A stretch of 64,000 nucleotides of DNA from Chiloscyllium plagiosum (Eukaryota), in assembly GCF_004010195.1 (NCBI RefSeq), contig NC_057720.1, positions 24,702,901 through 24,766,900 on the forward strand, read 5' to 3'. The position numbers were made by a program, and so were the translations under genes. Of this stretch, positions 26,107-38,995 are shown in pieces (position 1 is the first letter of the stretch; the number at the start of each line of letters is the position of its first letter). The notes under the pieces were generated by a model. That model searched no databases. It worked only from the letters and a program-made list of their open reading frames with translations, and was not told the DNA's origin.

Positions 26107-26499
26107 CTCCCATCTCAGGTACAGGAAAAATCATTAACTTCTTTCACTGAACTCTAAGAAAAGAGCTTTTTCAAGTTACTTTAACTACTTTCAATGCTAC
26201 AGCCCATCTGCTGACATGGATTTGTTTTCTTCTGAACTGAATCTGTTTCTGCCATCAATTTTTGCTTGGTTGGAAAAACTCAGTTAATGAATACTTCCAC
26301 AATTATCTCGGTTTGTCTAGTCCATCATGAACTTGATCAAAAACAAAAACAGAAATTGCTGGAAAATCTCAGTGGGTCTTGCAGCATCAGTGGAGAGAAA
26401 TCAGAGTTATGAGTTTGGGTCCAGTGGTCCTTCTACAGAACTAACATCTTTCCTCACTAAATGTCTTGATGTTGCAAGGATGTTGTTATACGGGTGAGG

Positions 26500-28220
26500 T
26501 ATCATAATGTATAGCCAAAGATGTTTTTCCCGATCTAATTAACAAATTGATTTATGAATTTGTAATTGCTTTGATACAGTTTTGATAGTTTTCATATCGA
26601 GAGAGCATAATGTTCCAAATAATATTGTAAGCACCTCTGAATCTGATTGGAGAGTTCACTTTTGAATTTTCAATTTTGGATTCATATTTCAATCATTGTG
26701 ATATTTTTATTTCACTCCATATTTCTTTCATCATGGCAAATACATTTATGTTCTGACTATCTTTCCTGCTGTATCACTGTAATGTATTAACATGACACAC
26801 CCTCTTAATTCTTTTCCCTGTATGGAGTACTCATTACATTACTGACATCACTGACTTTCATTTTGATTCGATAAGTTCCCGTGAATCTTGCTTTTAAAGG
26901 TTCCCCAAAGACATTGGGTGTTGGTAACAGGATTAATCAACTTAAGATACTGGAAATCTGAAACAAAGAAAGAAAGTGCGCAGAAACTCAGCATCTGTGA
27001 AAGACAGAATTAAAGTTTCAAATCAAGTATGACTTCTCTCGAATTGCTGCAGGAAATCTTGTTAAATGTCCAGAATTCTGAAGAAGAGTCACACTGGACT
27101 CACATTGTTTATTCTGTTTCCAACTCTACAGGTCCTGCCTGGTCTGCTGAGTTTCTCCAATGTTTTCTGTGCTTGTAACAAGATAATTCCGAGCTGTTGT
27201 CCAGTCTGCTCTAATTTTTATTATTTGTTGAGAACTTTAGAAACTTGACACAAAGGCTGGAAGTGCAATCTCTCAGTTTTGGTTGATAACTTTCTCTTCA
27301 ATTAGCTTAAAGGATCTTCTCACTTCATATGCATTTATTAGTTTGCAGGGACTGAATCCAGTGCACTCATTAGGACATCCTTGACAATAAACTATAGGCA
27401 TAGTTTTTATACAATGCCATCTTTCGAATGGTCCTTGAAATTGGAATTGATAAACTGAGACTGTAAATTGTTTTATTCTCAATCTGTTGGCTATTTTGAA
27501 TATTTGCAACATTAATCTGTGCATTACCAGGATGTTGCCTGATCTGGAGGGAAGGTCTTGTGAGGAAAGGCTGAGAGACTTGAACCTGTTCTCATTTGCA
27601 AGAAGAAGGCTAAGGGGGGATTTGATAGAGACATACAAGATGATCAGAGGATTAGATAGGGTAGACAGTGAAAGTCTTTTTCCTAGGATGATGACATCAG
27701 CGTGTACGAGGGGGCATAACTACAAATTGAGGGGTAATAGATTTAAGACAGATGTTGGAGGCAGGTTCTTTACGCAGAGAGTGGTAAGGGCGTGGAATGC
27801 CCTACCTGCTAATGTAGTCAACTCAGCCACATTAGGGAGATTTAAACAATCCTTAGATAAGCACATGGATGATTTTGGGATAACTTAGGGGCATGAGCTG
27901 AGAATAATTCACAGGTCGGCGCAACATCGAGGACCGAAGGGCCTGTTCTGCGCTGTATTGTTCTATGTTCTATGTTATATCTGATTGTATTTGTTTGGGT
28001 AATCCATACCTTGTAAAAAATTGAACTAGATTTTCCATTCCCAGTTTTGCTGTAATTTCCCCAGAGGCACTCTGCAGGAAATCTTGTTAAAATATCTATA
28101 ATTGTTAAAATATACTGATTTCCATGCATTTTTTTAAACAAGGGTCTACGATTCAGATACTGATGAAAAATTTTTGAATTCTGGTATCAGAACAATGCTG
28201 GGCTAGAGCCCTGGCTAATA
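26500..28220 (-). mobile_element. Decayed Gypsy LTR-retrotransposon integrase region with later insertions
   Basis: GNQYILTIIDILTRFP; ...IKQFTVSVYQFQFQGPFERWH..KTM..YCQ; PNECTGFSPCKLINAYEVRRSFKLIEEK are integrase core motifs. Split by CR1 (27520-27978) and a family C element (~26945-27174). Confidence 0.75.
27520..27978 (+). mobile_element. CR1 3' end inserted in the Gypsy integrase
   Basis: TRMLPDLEGRSCEERLRDLNLFS...RFFTQRVVRAWNALP; tail TTCTATGTTCTATGTT. Confidence 0.92.
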
Positions 28221-28259
28221 GCATAACTAGAGTCATGGATGGGAGTGGTGTACAAAGCT

Positions 28260-28875
28260 CTTGTACACCACTTGTAACAAAGATGTGGGGAAGAAAATAA
28301 ATCAGGAGATAGAAAAGGCATGTCAGAAAGGCACTTTTACAATAATTGTAGGGACTTCAGTATGCAGATGGACTGGGAAAATTAGATTGGTAGTGGATCT
28401 CAAGAAAAGGAATTCATCGAACGTCTACGAGATGCTTTTTTGGATTTGGTGATGTGGAATGAGGCAAACCTGATTAGGAAGCTTAAGATAAAGGAACCCC
28501 TCATTGGAAATGACTGTAATGTGATAAAATTCATCCTGCAGTTTGATAGGGAGAAGATAGCATCAGATGTAACAGGATTACAATTGAGTGAAGACATGAG
28601 AGAGAAGCTGGCCAGAGTTATTTTGAAGGGGAATCTAGCACGGAAGACAGTGGAGCAGCAATGGCAGGTGTTTCCAGGGATAATACAGGAAGCACAGCAG
28701 AAATTAATCTCAAGGAAGAAGAAACAAACTAAGGAGAGGATGAGGCAACCATGGCTGACATAGCAAGTCAGGGACAGCATAAAATCAAAAGAAAATGCAT
28801 AGAATGTGTGAAGATTAGTGGGAACTCAGAAGATTGGGAAGCTTTTAAGGACCTGCAGAGGATAACTAAAAAAGC
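28260..28875 (+). mobile_element. CR1 ORF2 endonuclease/linker fragment
   Basis: LDLVMWNEANLIRKLKIKEPLIGNDCNVIKF...MREKLARV...KTVEQQWQVF...QPWLT. Confidence 0.8.
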
Positions 28876-28879
28876 AAAG

Positions 28880-29080
28880 ATCTGGCATTGGACGAGGTGG
28901 ACAAAATTAAAAATCACACAACACCAGATTATAGGCCAACAGGTTTATTTAGAAGTTCAGCTTTCAGAGAACTGCTCCTTCATCAAGTAACAAGAGTGGG
29001 GCAGGGTCATAATACACAGAATGTATAGCAAAAGATCACAGTGTCATGCAACTAAAATGATATATTGAGCAAACCTATAT
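28880..29080 (-). mobile_element. Family B Penelope-terminus-like fragment
   Basis: TTAAAAATCACACAACACCAGATTATAGGCCAACAGGTTTATTTAGAAG..AGCTTTCAGAGAACTGCTCCTTCATCAAG is a decayed reverse copy of the family B core. Confidence 0.75.
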
Positions 29081-29149
29081 TGCAATCAATATATCATCAG
29101 GAATTCATCATTCACCACTCTAATCTCCAGCATTTGCAGTACCCACTTC

Positions 29150-29760
29150 TGCTTAGTCTCTATGAGATGGTTAATTAATCCTATCTTGCTGCATAATACC
29201 AGGTCTCAACTCCCGAACATGTTGTTCTAAGAAACTATCCTGAAAACATGCTATGATGTCTCATTGAGGCTACCTTTGTTCATCTGATATTTTCAGTCTA
29301 TATAGGTATTAAAATGTCCCATGATTATTTCTATACCTTTCTGACAAAATCTCATTATTTCTTCCTCACTTATTCACTCCACTGTATGGTTACTGCTAGG
29401 GGGGGGGGGGGGGGGGGGGGGGTGGTCAACACCACTCCCACAAATGACTTCTTGCCTTTTTCATTCCTTATTTGTACTAAAACTGTTTCCCCATCTTGGC
29501 TTCCCGATCTTAGTTCATCACAATGGAACTCTACTGAGCTAATACCATCATTAACTAAGAGAACCACACCTGCACCTTTTGCTAGTTTCTTATCAATTCT
29601 AAATGTCCTCTACCATTTAAGATTGAGGTCCGAATCCATGTTATTCTACTGCCACATCTCTGTAATGGCTACCAGGTTGCATTTATCAATTTCTATTTAT
29701 CTCACAATTTATCTGCTCTGTTTCAAAGGCTGCATGTGTTCACATACAGATTATTCAGTT
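29150..29760 (-). mobile_element. CR1 APE endonuclease fragment, with a poly-G run at ~29399-29422
   Basis: GAGVVLLVNDGISSVE...ETVLVQIRNEKGKKSFVGVV..PP...IIMGHFN. Confidence 0.75.
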
Positions 29761-31807
29761 TCATCCTTTCACTCTTTTTGTGAATTGTGGTGTTATCTGT
29801 TTAGTGAATCTTAGATTCCTTTCCTGCACAGTCTGCTTATCATTTACTGCATAATACCTTTTACTTTGTCCTTGAATCTACTCTTTGATTTATCACATTT
29901 TCTCAAAATTTGATCCCTTACTCTTGATCATTTAGTTTAAAAACCTCTCCACTTCCATAGTTATGCAGTTGGCAAAATCACTGGCCCCAGCATGGTTCAG
30001 GTGGAGACAATCCCATCAGCATAGTTCCTTAGTGCTTGTGCCACAGTCTCTCCAAATCTGGTACTCGTGCCTTCGGAAACATTATTTTTTCAGAAGTAAA
30101 TTCTGTGACATTGTGTCATTATTTCTGCAAAAGTTTAAAATATTCTAGAACTTCATCTATCATAATATCTGTCCAATAAAGCTTTGACAAAGACAGGTGA
30201 TATAAATGAGATTGCATTTAAAAGTGCAATAAAATGTTTCACTTTGTGTGCAATAAAATGCTCTTAAATAAAAGGAATTGTGGCTTGATGCAGAATACCA
30301 ATTATTCTTGAGAACTTAAACGATAAAAGGGATCACTCAGAAAGATGCTAGAAGTGACCTTTCATTTTTCCTATTTTGTGCGTTGAGTTATTCATAATTT
30401 ATCCCTTTTTAAACTTCTCAAAAGTGATATAAAAGTCATTTTTAATAATAGTTTTGCAGATACACGCAATGTTTGTGACTCTACCACTTGCTTCATGTAA
30501 CATATTTTCTTTCAGACTTTTTGACACCATCTTGTTATTTCCACCTTGTAATTAAATTTCCCTTTTGATTTTTAATTAAGGTGATAATTAATTATCACCC
30601 ATGCAGGACTGCCCAACTCAGAGACCTTTTGGTGCCAATCTGTCCTGATACCTAACTAGCTGGAGGGAATCATACTATCTTGCCTGTCATGACATAATTC
30701 CCAAGTGTTTCAGACCAGTCATTTTCCTCACTGAATTGATTGTTCCCTATTCCCCCCCCCCCCCCCCACAATCCTCCAACCCAGACACATCGAGAGTCAA
30801 AAATGACAGTCTTCCCATGCTCTACACAAACCTCGCATCACACGCACATCAGATACCTTCCCCCTCCCACTTGTTCAGCCTCGTCTAATTTCTCAGGCTT
30901 AAAGTTGGCCAGATTATCCTCAGACCTTCACCTTTTATTCTGCCCATGTAGTGGGCCTTACTCAACCCCCACCAATGTCATCCAGAATTCCATGATGGCT
31001 ATACCACGAGACATGCTGATCAAGCACACAGAAGTCTTTAACCCTGGCCCTCGTAATAGACATTTTTCCTGACCAGTCTGACAGTGCAAACCCTGCTCTT
31101 GCAACACTCTGAATTTATAGCTAAGGCATGGTAATGGCTTTGTAGTGCAGTGGTGGGATACTTTCATAGCTTCCACATTAAGCTTCTGCTTTTTGAACTT
31201 CAGACTCTTTCACTGAGAGGGGCAATCAACTGGATACCAGAGAGAAATTGAAGAATGGTGTCAATTATTCTCCTACACGATCCTTCCTTCTGCTCTCAGC
31301 CCCTTTGCAGGGCCCTCCTTCATTTATTGCTGACTTCCTACTCCTTGGCCTTTTTTATAGCCAATTCTGTCTGACACCTTGAGGACCAATATGCCCTTTT
31401 CACTCTTTCCAACAATTTGAAAACCTGAAAATAATCTGTCCAAGCCCAGCACCTCCTAAATAACATCAAACCCAAAACCACATTCAGTTCTTCCAAAAGT
31501 ATTGCCACACCTCTGTTCTACATTAATAGACCATTAAGCCCCTCATTAGTGTATGCAAGGAACTTCCTGCCTATTGAAGGCAGTGCTTTGGATTCACAAA
31601 CATTAGTCAAGGTCAATATAATGCTGAATATATTTCAATCGTCCTAGAGTGCAGAGTATAGCTTTGTGAGTTTGAACCATTGTTGTGTATATTTTATGGA
31701 TGGAAAACATGCACAAAGAGGACTATTTTCTAACTCCACATCTTCTGACTCATCATGAAAATACCATGGAAGCTCTGAGAGTTTATAGCTAATATATGTC
31801 TATGCAC

Positions 31808-31820
31808 ATTTCCTGTTTAC
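31808..31820 (-). promoter_or_regulatory. FOX:ETS composite motif (GTAAACAGGAAAT), candidate endothelial enhancer core in TIE1 intron 1
   Basis: ATTTCCTGTTTAC on +; lies in a stretch with no repeat I recognise and with further GGAA/TTCC cores nearby. Motif match only. Confidence 0.4.
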
Positions 31821-32779
31821 AAAATTTTCACTTCCCTTGGAAATTCCACATTCTTTGCTGAAGATGTGTGTAAACATACCATCCTCTGACCTTTAGTTTG
31901 TGGTAGCACTCACATTTTGTTGTGTATAAAGTATTGAATCATCCAGCTCCCCAGTCTGTACTTTGGAGAAACACCTACATTCTATTTCCCTGCTAATCAA
32001 ATTTCATTACAGTTTCATACCTTTTAGAAAGCTTTTAAATCATAATAAAATCAATGTATTTGAACAAAATATATGACTTTAAATTGGGACTGAAGTATGT
32101 GTTCATGTCTTGGTTTAATTACCCATTGCTTTCTAATTTTGATTCATTTGAAAATTAAACTTGTTCTTGACTCCCTGTGTGAAATGCCATGGTAACTTCA
32201 CTGGTGTGTTTATATCTATATGTAATATATTAAATTCCATACATACATATTTCTTTAAAAAAATATATTATATATCATAGACTCATTTACATCTACCTCC
32301 AAGTGTTTATATCGATGACCCATTAAGAACGAAGCTTACCTCCAGTTCTAGCCTTCTTTGCATCCCTGAGTTCCTTCACCTTTCCATTGGTGATCATGCT
32401 TTCAACTGTCTCTTAAGCTCTGCAGTTCTGTCTGTAAGGCTCTCCACTTTGTTACCTCTCCTCTTTTGATGCTTGTCAGACTTCATTGACCAACTTTTGT
32501 TGACTAATGCTAAATGTATTTTTTTCCAATGTTATTGAAATCGTTAAATTGTCAGTGCCAATCCTAAGAAGTGTCTTGGGTTATTTTACAATGTGATAAG
32601 TAAGTTCATTTTGTTGCGATAACCATTGCCATTTTGTGGAGGAAAATAGCTTGTGTAACATTACTCTGCTGAGTTGCATCAGCTCCCATGTCTGTCAGTC
32701 CCACAGGCTGTTGAGGTTGCTTCGCGATGATACAGTATCCAAATTTCTCTCCCTTTATGTTCATACTAATATTGGAACA

Positions 32780-34070
32780 GGCAAGATTTATGATTATTTG
32801 GAAAAGCATTGTTTGATGGATGACAGTCAGCATGGCTTTGTGAGGGTCAGGTCATGCCTCACAAGCTTTATTGAATTCTTTGATGATGTGACAATACACA
32901 TTGATGAAGGGAGTAGTGGATGTGGTGTATATGGATTTTAGCAAGCCTTTTGATAAGGTTCCCCATGGTAGGCTCAATCAGAAAGTAAGGATGGATGGGA
33001 TACAGGAAATTTGGCTGTCTGAATTGGCTAGCCCATAGAAGACAGAGGGTGGTAGTAGATGGGAAGTATTCAGCCTGGAGCTTGGTGACCAGTGTTGTTC
33101 CACAGGGATCTGTTCTGGGACCTCTGCTCTTTGTTATTTTTATAAATGACTTGGATAAGGAAGTGGAAGGGTGGGTTAATAAGTTTGTCGATGACACGAA
33201 GGTTGGTGGAGTGGTAGATAGTGTGGAGGACTGTTGTAGATTGCAATGCGTCATTGACAGGATGCAGAGCTGGGCTGAGAAGTGGCAGATGGAGTTCAAC
33301 CTGGAAAAGTGTGAAGTGATTCATTTTGGAAGGTCAAATTTGAATACAGAATACAGGGTAAAAGGCAGGATTCTTGGCAGTATGGAGGAACAGAGGATCT
33401 TGGGGTCCACATCCATAGAACCCTCAAAGTTGTCACCCAAGTTGGTAGGGTTGTTAAGAAGGCGTATGGTGTGTTGGTTTTCATTAGCAGGGGGATTGAG
33501 TTTAAGAACTGTGAGGTTATGTTACAGCTCTATAGAGCCCTAATTAGACCACACTTGAAATATTGTGTTCAGTTCTGGTTGCCTCATTTAGGAAGGATAT
33601 GGAAGCTTTAGAGAGGGTGCAAAGGAGATTTACCAGGATGCTGCATGTCTTATGAGGAAAGGTTGAGGGAGCTAGGGCTTTTGTCATGGGAGCAAAGAAG
33701 GATGAGGTGTGACTTGATAGAGGTGTACAAGATGATGAGAGACATAGATAGAGTGGATAACCAGAGACTTTTTCCCAGGAGAAATGACTATCACAAGGGG
33801 ACATAATTTTACGATGATTGAAGGAAGGTTTAGGGGAGATGTCAGAGGTAGCTTCTTTACAGAGAGAGTGGTGGATGCGTGGAATGCACTGCTAGCAGTG
33901 GTAGTAGAGTCAGATACATTAGGGACATTTAATCGACACTTGAATGGGCACATGGGTGATAGTAAAATGTAGGGTACGTAGGTTAGTTAGATCTTAGCGT
34001 AGGATAAAAGGTCGGCAAAACGTTGAGGACCGAAGGGCCTGTACTGTACTGCTCTATGTTCTACGTTCTC
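32780..34070 (+). mobile_element. CR1 LINE, 5'-truncated
   Basis: [35 protein letters not shown]...KFVDDTKVGG; tail CTCTATGTTCTACGTTCT. Confidence 0.95.
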
Positions 34071-34719
34071 ACTGTGACTGCTGCAAAACTGAAACAAAAA
34101 GCAGTTCAATAAGTATTGGAATAAATAGGTGTGGATCCATTTTCAGCAGTATCCTTACCTGTTATGTACATTTTATTGTGTCCTGTTAGACAAAATACAA
34201 AGTAGGAAAACTCATCAGAAGAAAAGCAGGCTGCTGTTTCTTCCTGTAAATGCCGTCTCATGCTGGCAGCTAATGGAGATGGGACAGAGACTCCGATTTG
34301 GGGCAGTCTGTTCGTTCACTGATCATGGGCTTTTCAAGGAACCCATCACATAGCACTGCATGTTTCAGGCATTCTGAAGTGTTAGGTCTCAAAGGCAATG
34401 GTATACCCATTGAAAAGGATCATCACCATCAGTTGCCACATGTAGTTAATCACACTCAGATCTCCAAAATATTGATTAGCAGCCAATAAATGTGCTCTCT
34501 AGTGGCTGGATTGCTTTAAAATGGGGTTAAAGAAGCAGATTTCAGTCACTGAGTTTCACATGTGGATGCTTATTGGCCGTTACTAACCACGAATAGGTAT
34601 GAATGAAATTCTCCAGAAATAGGAAGTGTAATAAAGAATTTCTGCAGCTATTGAAGGTGTGGTGGTAAATGTTGCAGCCTGTTTAAACAATATGTATAGG
34701 TTTGTGCAGTTAACAATGA

Positions 34720-35159
34720 GATGGAAATGTGTTGCTGGAAAAGCGCAGCAGGTCAGGCAGCATCTAGGGAACAGTAGAATCGACGTTTCGGGCATTAGCC
34801 CTTCTTCAGGACTGAAATCTGCTTCTTTAACCCCATTTTAAAGCAATCCAGCCACTAGGGAGCACATTTATTGGCTGCTAATCAATATTTTGGAGATCTG
34901 AGTGTGATTAACTACATGTGGCAACTGATGGTGATGATCCTTTTCAATGGGTATACCATTGCCTTTGAGACCTAACACTTCAGAATGCCTGAAACATGCA
35001 GTGCTATGTGATGGGTTCCTGAAGAAGGGCTAATGCCCAAAACGTCGATTCTACTGTTCCCTAGATGCTGCCTGACCTGCTGCGCTTTTCCAGCAACACA
35101 TTTCCATCTCTGATCTCCAGCATCTGCAGACCTCACTTTCTCCTCAAAGATTTCAACCC
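34720..35159. mobile_element. Head-to-head family A element enclosing a 211-bp inverted copy of upstream flank
   Basis: 14-bp TSD GCAGTTAACAATGA (34706-34719, 35160-35173); arms 34718-34811 and 35017-35110 are inverted copies; 34810-35020 is the reverse complement of 34337-34547. Confidence 0.92.
34778..34811 (-). ncRNA. Minimal hammerhead-like motif (family A), intact core, antisense to TIE1
   Basis: UC-CUGAAGA-A-GGGC-UAAU-GCCC-GAAA-C-GUC-GA on the minus strand. Confidence 0.65.
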
Positions 35160-37964
35160 GCAGTTAACAATGAACCTCACATCAGTGATAGAAATGGAAA
35201 CGATTATAAAGGGTAGCATTACAGAACTGTTCAAAAAGCTAAGGCCAAGAAGGAACTGACAATGGATTTGTCATTCATTCATTTTATTCTACACTAATTT
35301 TATTCTTTGATTTCACTGTTGTATGTCCCTGAACAAAAAGACAAAGGAGATGGAGGGGATGTTATCTATTTTTCATATTTTAAAAAAGGTGATAATGTTT
35401 CATGTAAAATCCTTGTTTTAAAGGAGAAAGCAATGTTATTAAAGGTGAAGTGGAAACATGGATAGAGGGATTAACAAGAGATTAAGAGTAAAAGACGTTT
35501 CTCATATTAATAAAATGAAGCTAACAGGAAGTCCACTGGATTGGTATTCTTTTCATTCTTTATAGAAGCAAACAATTTGCATAGACTGGGAATAATGCCA
35601 GAATTTACTGGCGATAAATTAGAGGATAAGAAAGTGAAGGAAACTTCCAGATGAGTGAAATATTAAGAAAAACTAACAATTCCCTAATTACACCCTAGAA
35701 GCACAAATAAGTTGAGGGATGAAGATAGCTAGATCTGTATAAACGAAATGACAAGAACAAAATGTCATTAAACAATGGCATATTGATTTCTTGGTCTGAC
35801 GTCCAGGGTGCTCTATACAAGAACAAGGAAATAATTATGAATTTGTACAGGATGCTAATTTATCTTGCTAGAGTATTTTGAATATTTTATGGTGTGGATT
35901 TGTTAGATGACCCCAGGAATGAAAGAATTTACTAATGATGAGACAAAAAACTAAAGGTCTGTTCACTTAAGTGGAAGAAGTTATGGCGGGATCTTGGAGT
36001 CATGTTTGCAAAAATTGTGAAAGAATTGATAAATCACAAAATAAAATATCTACTGTCTGGTGAATTGTTAAGATTAATTTCACGTGATAAGATTGAGAAC
36101 CGAGCACAACATCTGATTGAGAGTCCCAGCGAGCAATTATTTTGTGAGTCTTTCTGTGCCTTCATCAGAATTGAACTCTCAGTGTCAAAGAGGAGTACAG
36201 TAGCATTGCCAACTGCAATAGATTTTCCTGCCGATTTCACAACACAGTTTTGCAACTCCAATCATCTGAGTCAATCTTGTATTCCCCCATCTCAGTACTT
36301 TTTTTTAACCATGTCAACAAAAGTATTCAAAGAAAATTTGAAGAAATATTCTTTTTAATGCCCTATGATTTCTCTTCTGGGTTTCTCACAGCACTGTCCA
36401 AAACTTTTATCCACAATTGCCGAGGGAACTCTGTGTTCTTGTGTAGCTCATCACTGGGATCTTACCAACCCCGGTTAGTCCCATGTAAAGTGGTCCTCAT
36501 GTAGATCTTAGAGTGGGGTTGAGTATGGTGGAACTAAACAACAAACTAAGAGAGTAAGTATCAAATGGCAATAATCCACAATGTTTCTATGGAAGTGCAA
36601 GGATCATTTCAACTCCTCTTGACTCCATCAAAATAAAACTTATGAGGATGTTTTGGTATCTGTTTTTGTTTTTGGAGCAGCCTTAAGAAACACTAACTAT
36701 GCTGCTCAAGAACAAGTACATGGAGCTTGTGCAACATAATCTTTGACCAAAGTACCTGAAATTTGTTCTGGCTTTTCTCTGAGCCTGTTTCAGGTAGGTA
36801 GACAGCTAGTCCATTGAAGGGACTCACTTGATTTCGATATCTGAAACACCATGGGCTAAACTTTTCCCCACTCCTGGACTTTGGAATGCCAGTGGCCTGG
36901 TGGTTGTGCATATTTAATTGAAATCTCATTCTTTGTACCTGTCATAACTGCTACTCCCACTGGTCGTTCTGTGATAGACACTTTCAATATGCATTAGCTG
37001 TTACACTATAGTAAGAATGATACAGCATCTGGCCACAAATTTGTCAAAGCATTTTCCAGGATGATTTTCATTCCCCAATCTGTTTTCTGCAATAATTGAC
37101 TAAACTAAATCCAAACTAAAAGGCTTAACATAAAACATTTTAAGGTTTAAGAAAATGACATATTCAACAGCAGCATTTATTAATTGGTTTGTTTTTTTCA
37201 TGTTCTGAAGAAGGGTCACTAGATATTAACTTTGCTTTCTATCTGTAGATGCTGTCAAACATGTTGCGTTTTACCAGCAATTTTAGTTTTTGTTTCTGAT
37301 TTCCAGCATCCACAGTTCTTTGGTTTTTATATTTTTTAATGTCTTCTTTGCAGGTTTTATTTGGAGTTCTCAGCCGCTTCCAAAAATCCAAAGTTATAAG
37401 AAGTCACTCAGATATTTGCTGCTGCTGCATCTGTACAAAATGTTGCCTGTTTCATGTACTAATAACAGGACTAGCATGTGCTTGACTCCACCTGACCAAA
37501 TGAGTTACCCTCTATTTAGTAAATTGTGTCTGCGTTCCACCTTCCTAGATTACCACAGTCCTGACAGAATAGCTGAAGATGGCTGAACATCTGTTAAATA
37601 TGCTTACCTGAATATCGGGTCAGAAGGTGCGCATCATTCCTTTCAGCACCATCGCAGTACCGCACATCATTTCCTGCGTCCATTCAGCACTCATAAATTC
37701 CTCCCCACCCCCCACTCTTCCCGTTTCTGCCAATCATTATATTCCATTCTTCCAGACAATACCCTCTTGAATTAACCCCGAGCTGGATATGCCCAGCAAG
37801 TCTTAAATATTCTCAATGATTTGGCCTTCATGGCGTAAAATGGCAATGAGTTCCACAGATTAGCCATGTTTTGGTTAAAGAAATTCAGCCTCATCTCAGT
37901 TCTAAACGGTTGTCACTTCACTCTGAGGTCATGCCTTTTGGGTCCTAGTCTCACCTACTAGTTT

Positions 37965-38995
37965 CATTTAATTTATCATTATCACATGTACCAAGATAGG
38001 ATGGAAACTGTTGTTTTGCATGCTGTATAGGCAGATTATACCATACAAAGTGCATCAAGGTGGCAGAATAGTGTGCAGAATCCACTGTTACAGCCATAGA
38101 GAAGATGCACAGAGAGAGAGAGATCAGAATTAACATCTGAGAGGTCCGTTCAAAAGTCTGATAACAGTGGGGAAGAAACTGTTCTTGAATCTGTTTGTAT
38201 GTGTATTCAAACTTCCATAAATTCTATCCAATGGAAACATGTGGAAGAGAGTATAACAGGGCAGGGAGGGGTCTTTGATTATGTTAGTTGCTTTCCCGAG
38301 GCAGTGGATGGTGTAGGTGCAGTCAATGGATGGAAGGTTGGTTTGCGTGATGGACTTGGCTATGCTCAAAACTCTGTAGTTTCTTGCAGTCTTAGGCAGA
38401 TCAGTTGCTATACCATATAATAAAAACAAATTACTGCGGATGCTGGAATCTGAAACCAAAAAAGAAAAAATGTTGGAAAATCTCAGCAAGCCTGGCAGTA
38501 TCTGTAAGGAGAGAAAAGAGCTGACGTTTCGAGTCTAACAGTTGCAAAGAGTCTTTGTGGATGAATTTCCTTAGCCTCCTGAGGAAGAAGAGGCATTGTT
38601 GTGATTTTTTGACTGCAGTGTTGAGTGGACCAGGACAAATTGCTGGCGGTCATCACTCCCAGGAACTTAATGCTCTCGACCATCTCCACCTCAGCACCAA
38701 AGATGCAGACAAGGGTGTGCCCTCCACTTTGCTTCTTGAAGTCAATGACCAGCTCCTTCATCTTGCTAACATTCATGGAGAGATTGTTGTCTTTACATCA
38801 TACCGATAAACACTCAATCGCTTTCCTGTAATCTGTCTCGTCATTGTTTGAGATCCAACCTACAAAGGTGGTGTCGCCAGCAAACTTGTAAATGGAGTTG
38901 GGGCCGAATTTGGCCATACAGTTGTGATCATATAAAGATAACAGTGGGCGGGGGGGGAGAGCGAGTATGCAGCCTTGTGGGGTATTAGTGTTGAG
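37965..38995 (-). mobile_element. Rex1/Babar-type LINE 3' portion, interrupted by a short family C-like element (~38420-38540)
   Basis: NVSKMKELVIDFKKQSGGH...VESIKFLGV; AKSITQTNLPSID...KATNIIKDPS...TNRFKNSFFPTVIRLLN. Confidence 0.85.

Noticed and set aside
29399..29422. Poly-G run (and poly-C at ~30753-30767) as functional G-quadruplexes
   Set aside because: Homopolymer expansions, the first inside a dead CR1; lengths unreliable and no supporting context.
36002..36504. ORFs of 75-118 aa in intron 1 as a nested gene
   Set aside because: No recognisable domain, splice pattern or homology; consistent with chance ORFs or an unrecognised old repeat.
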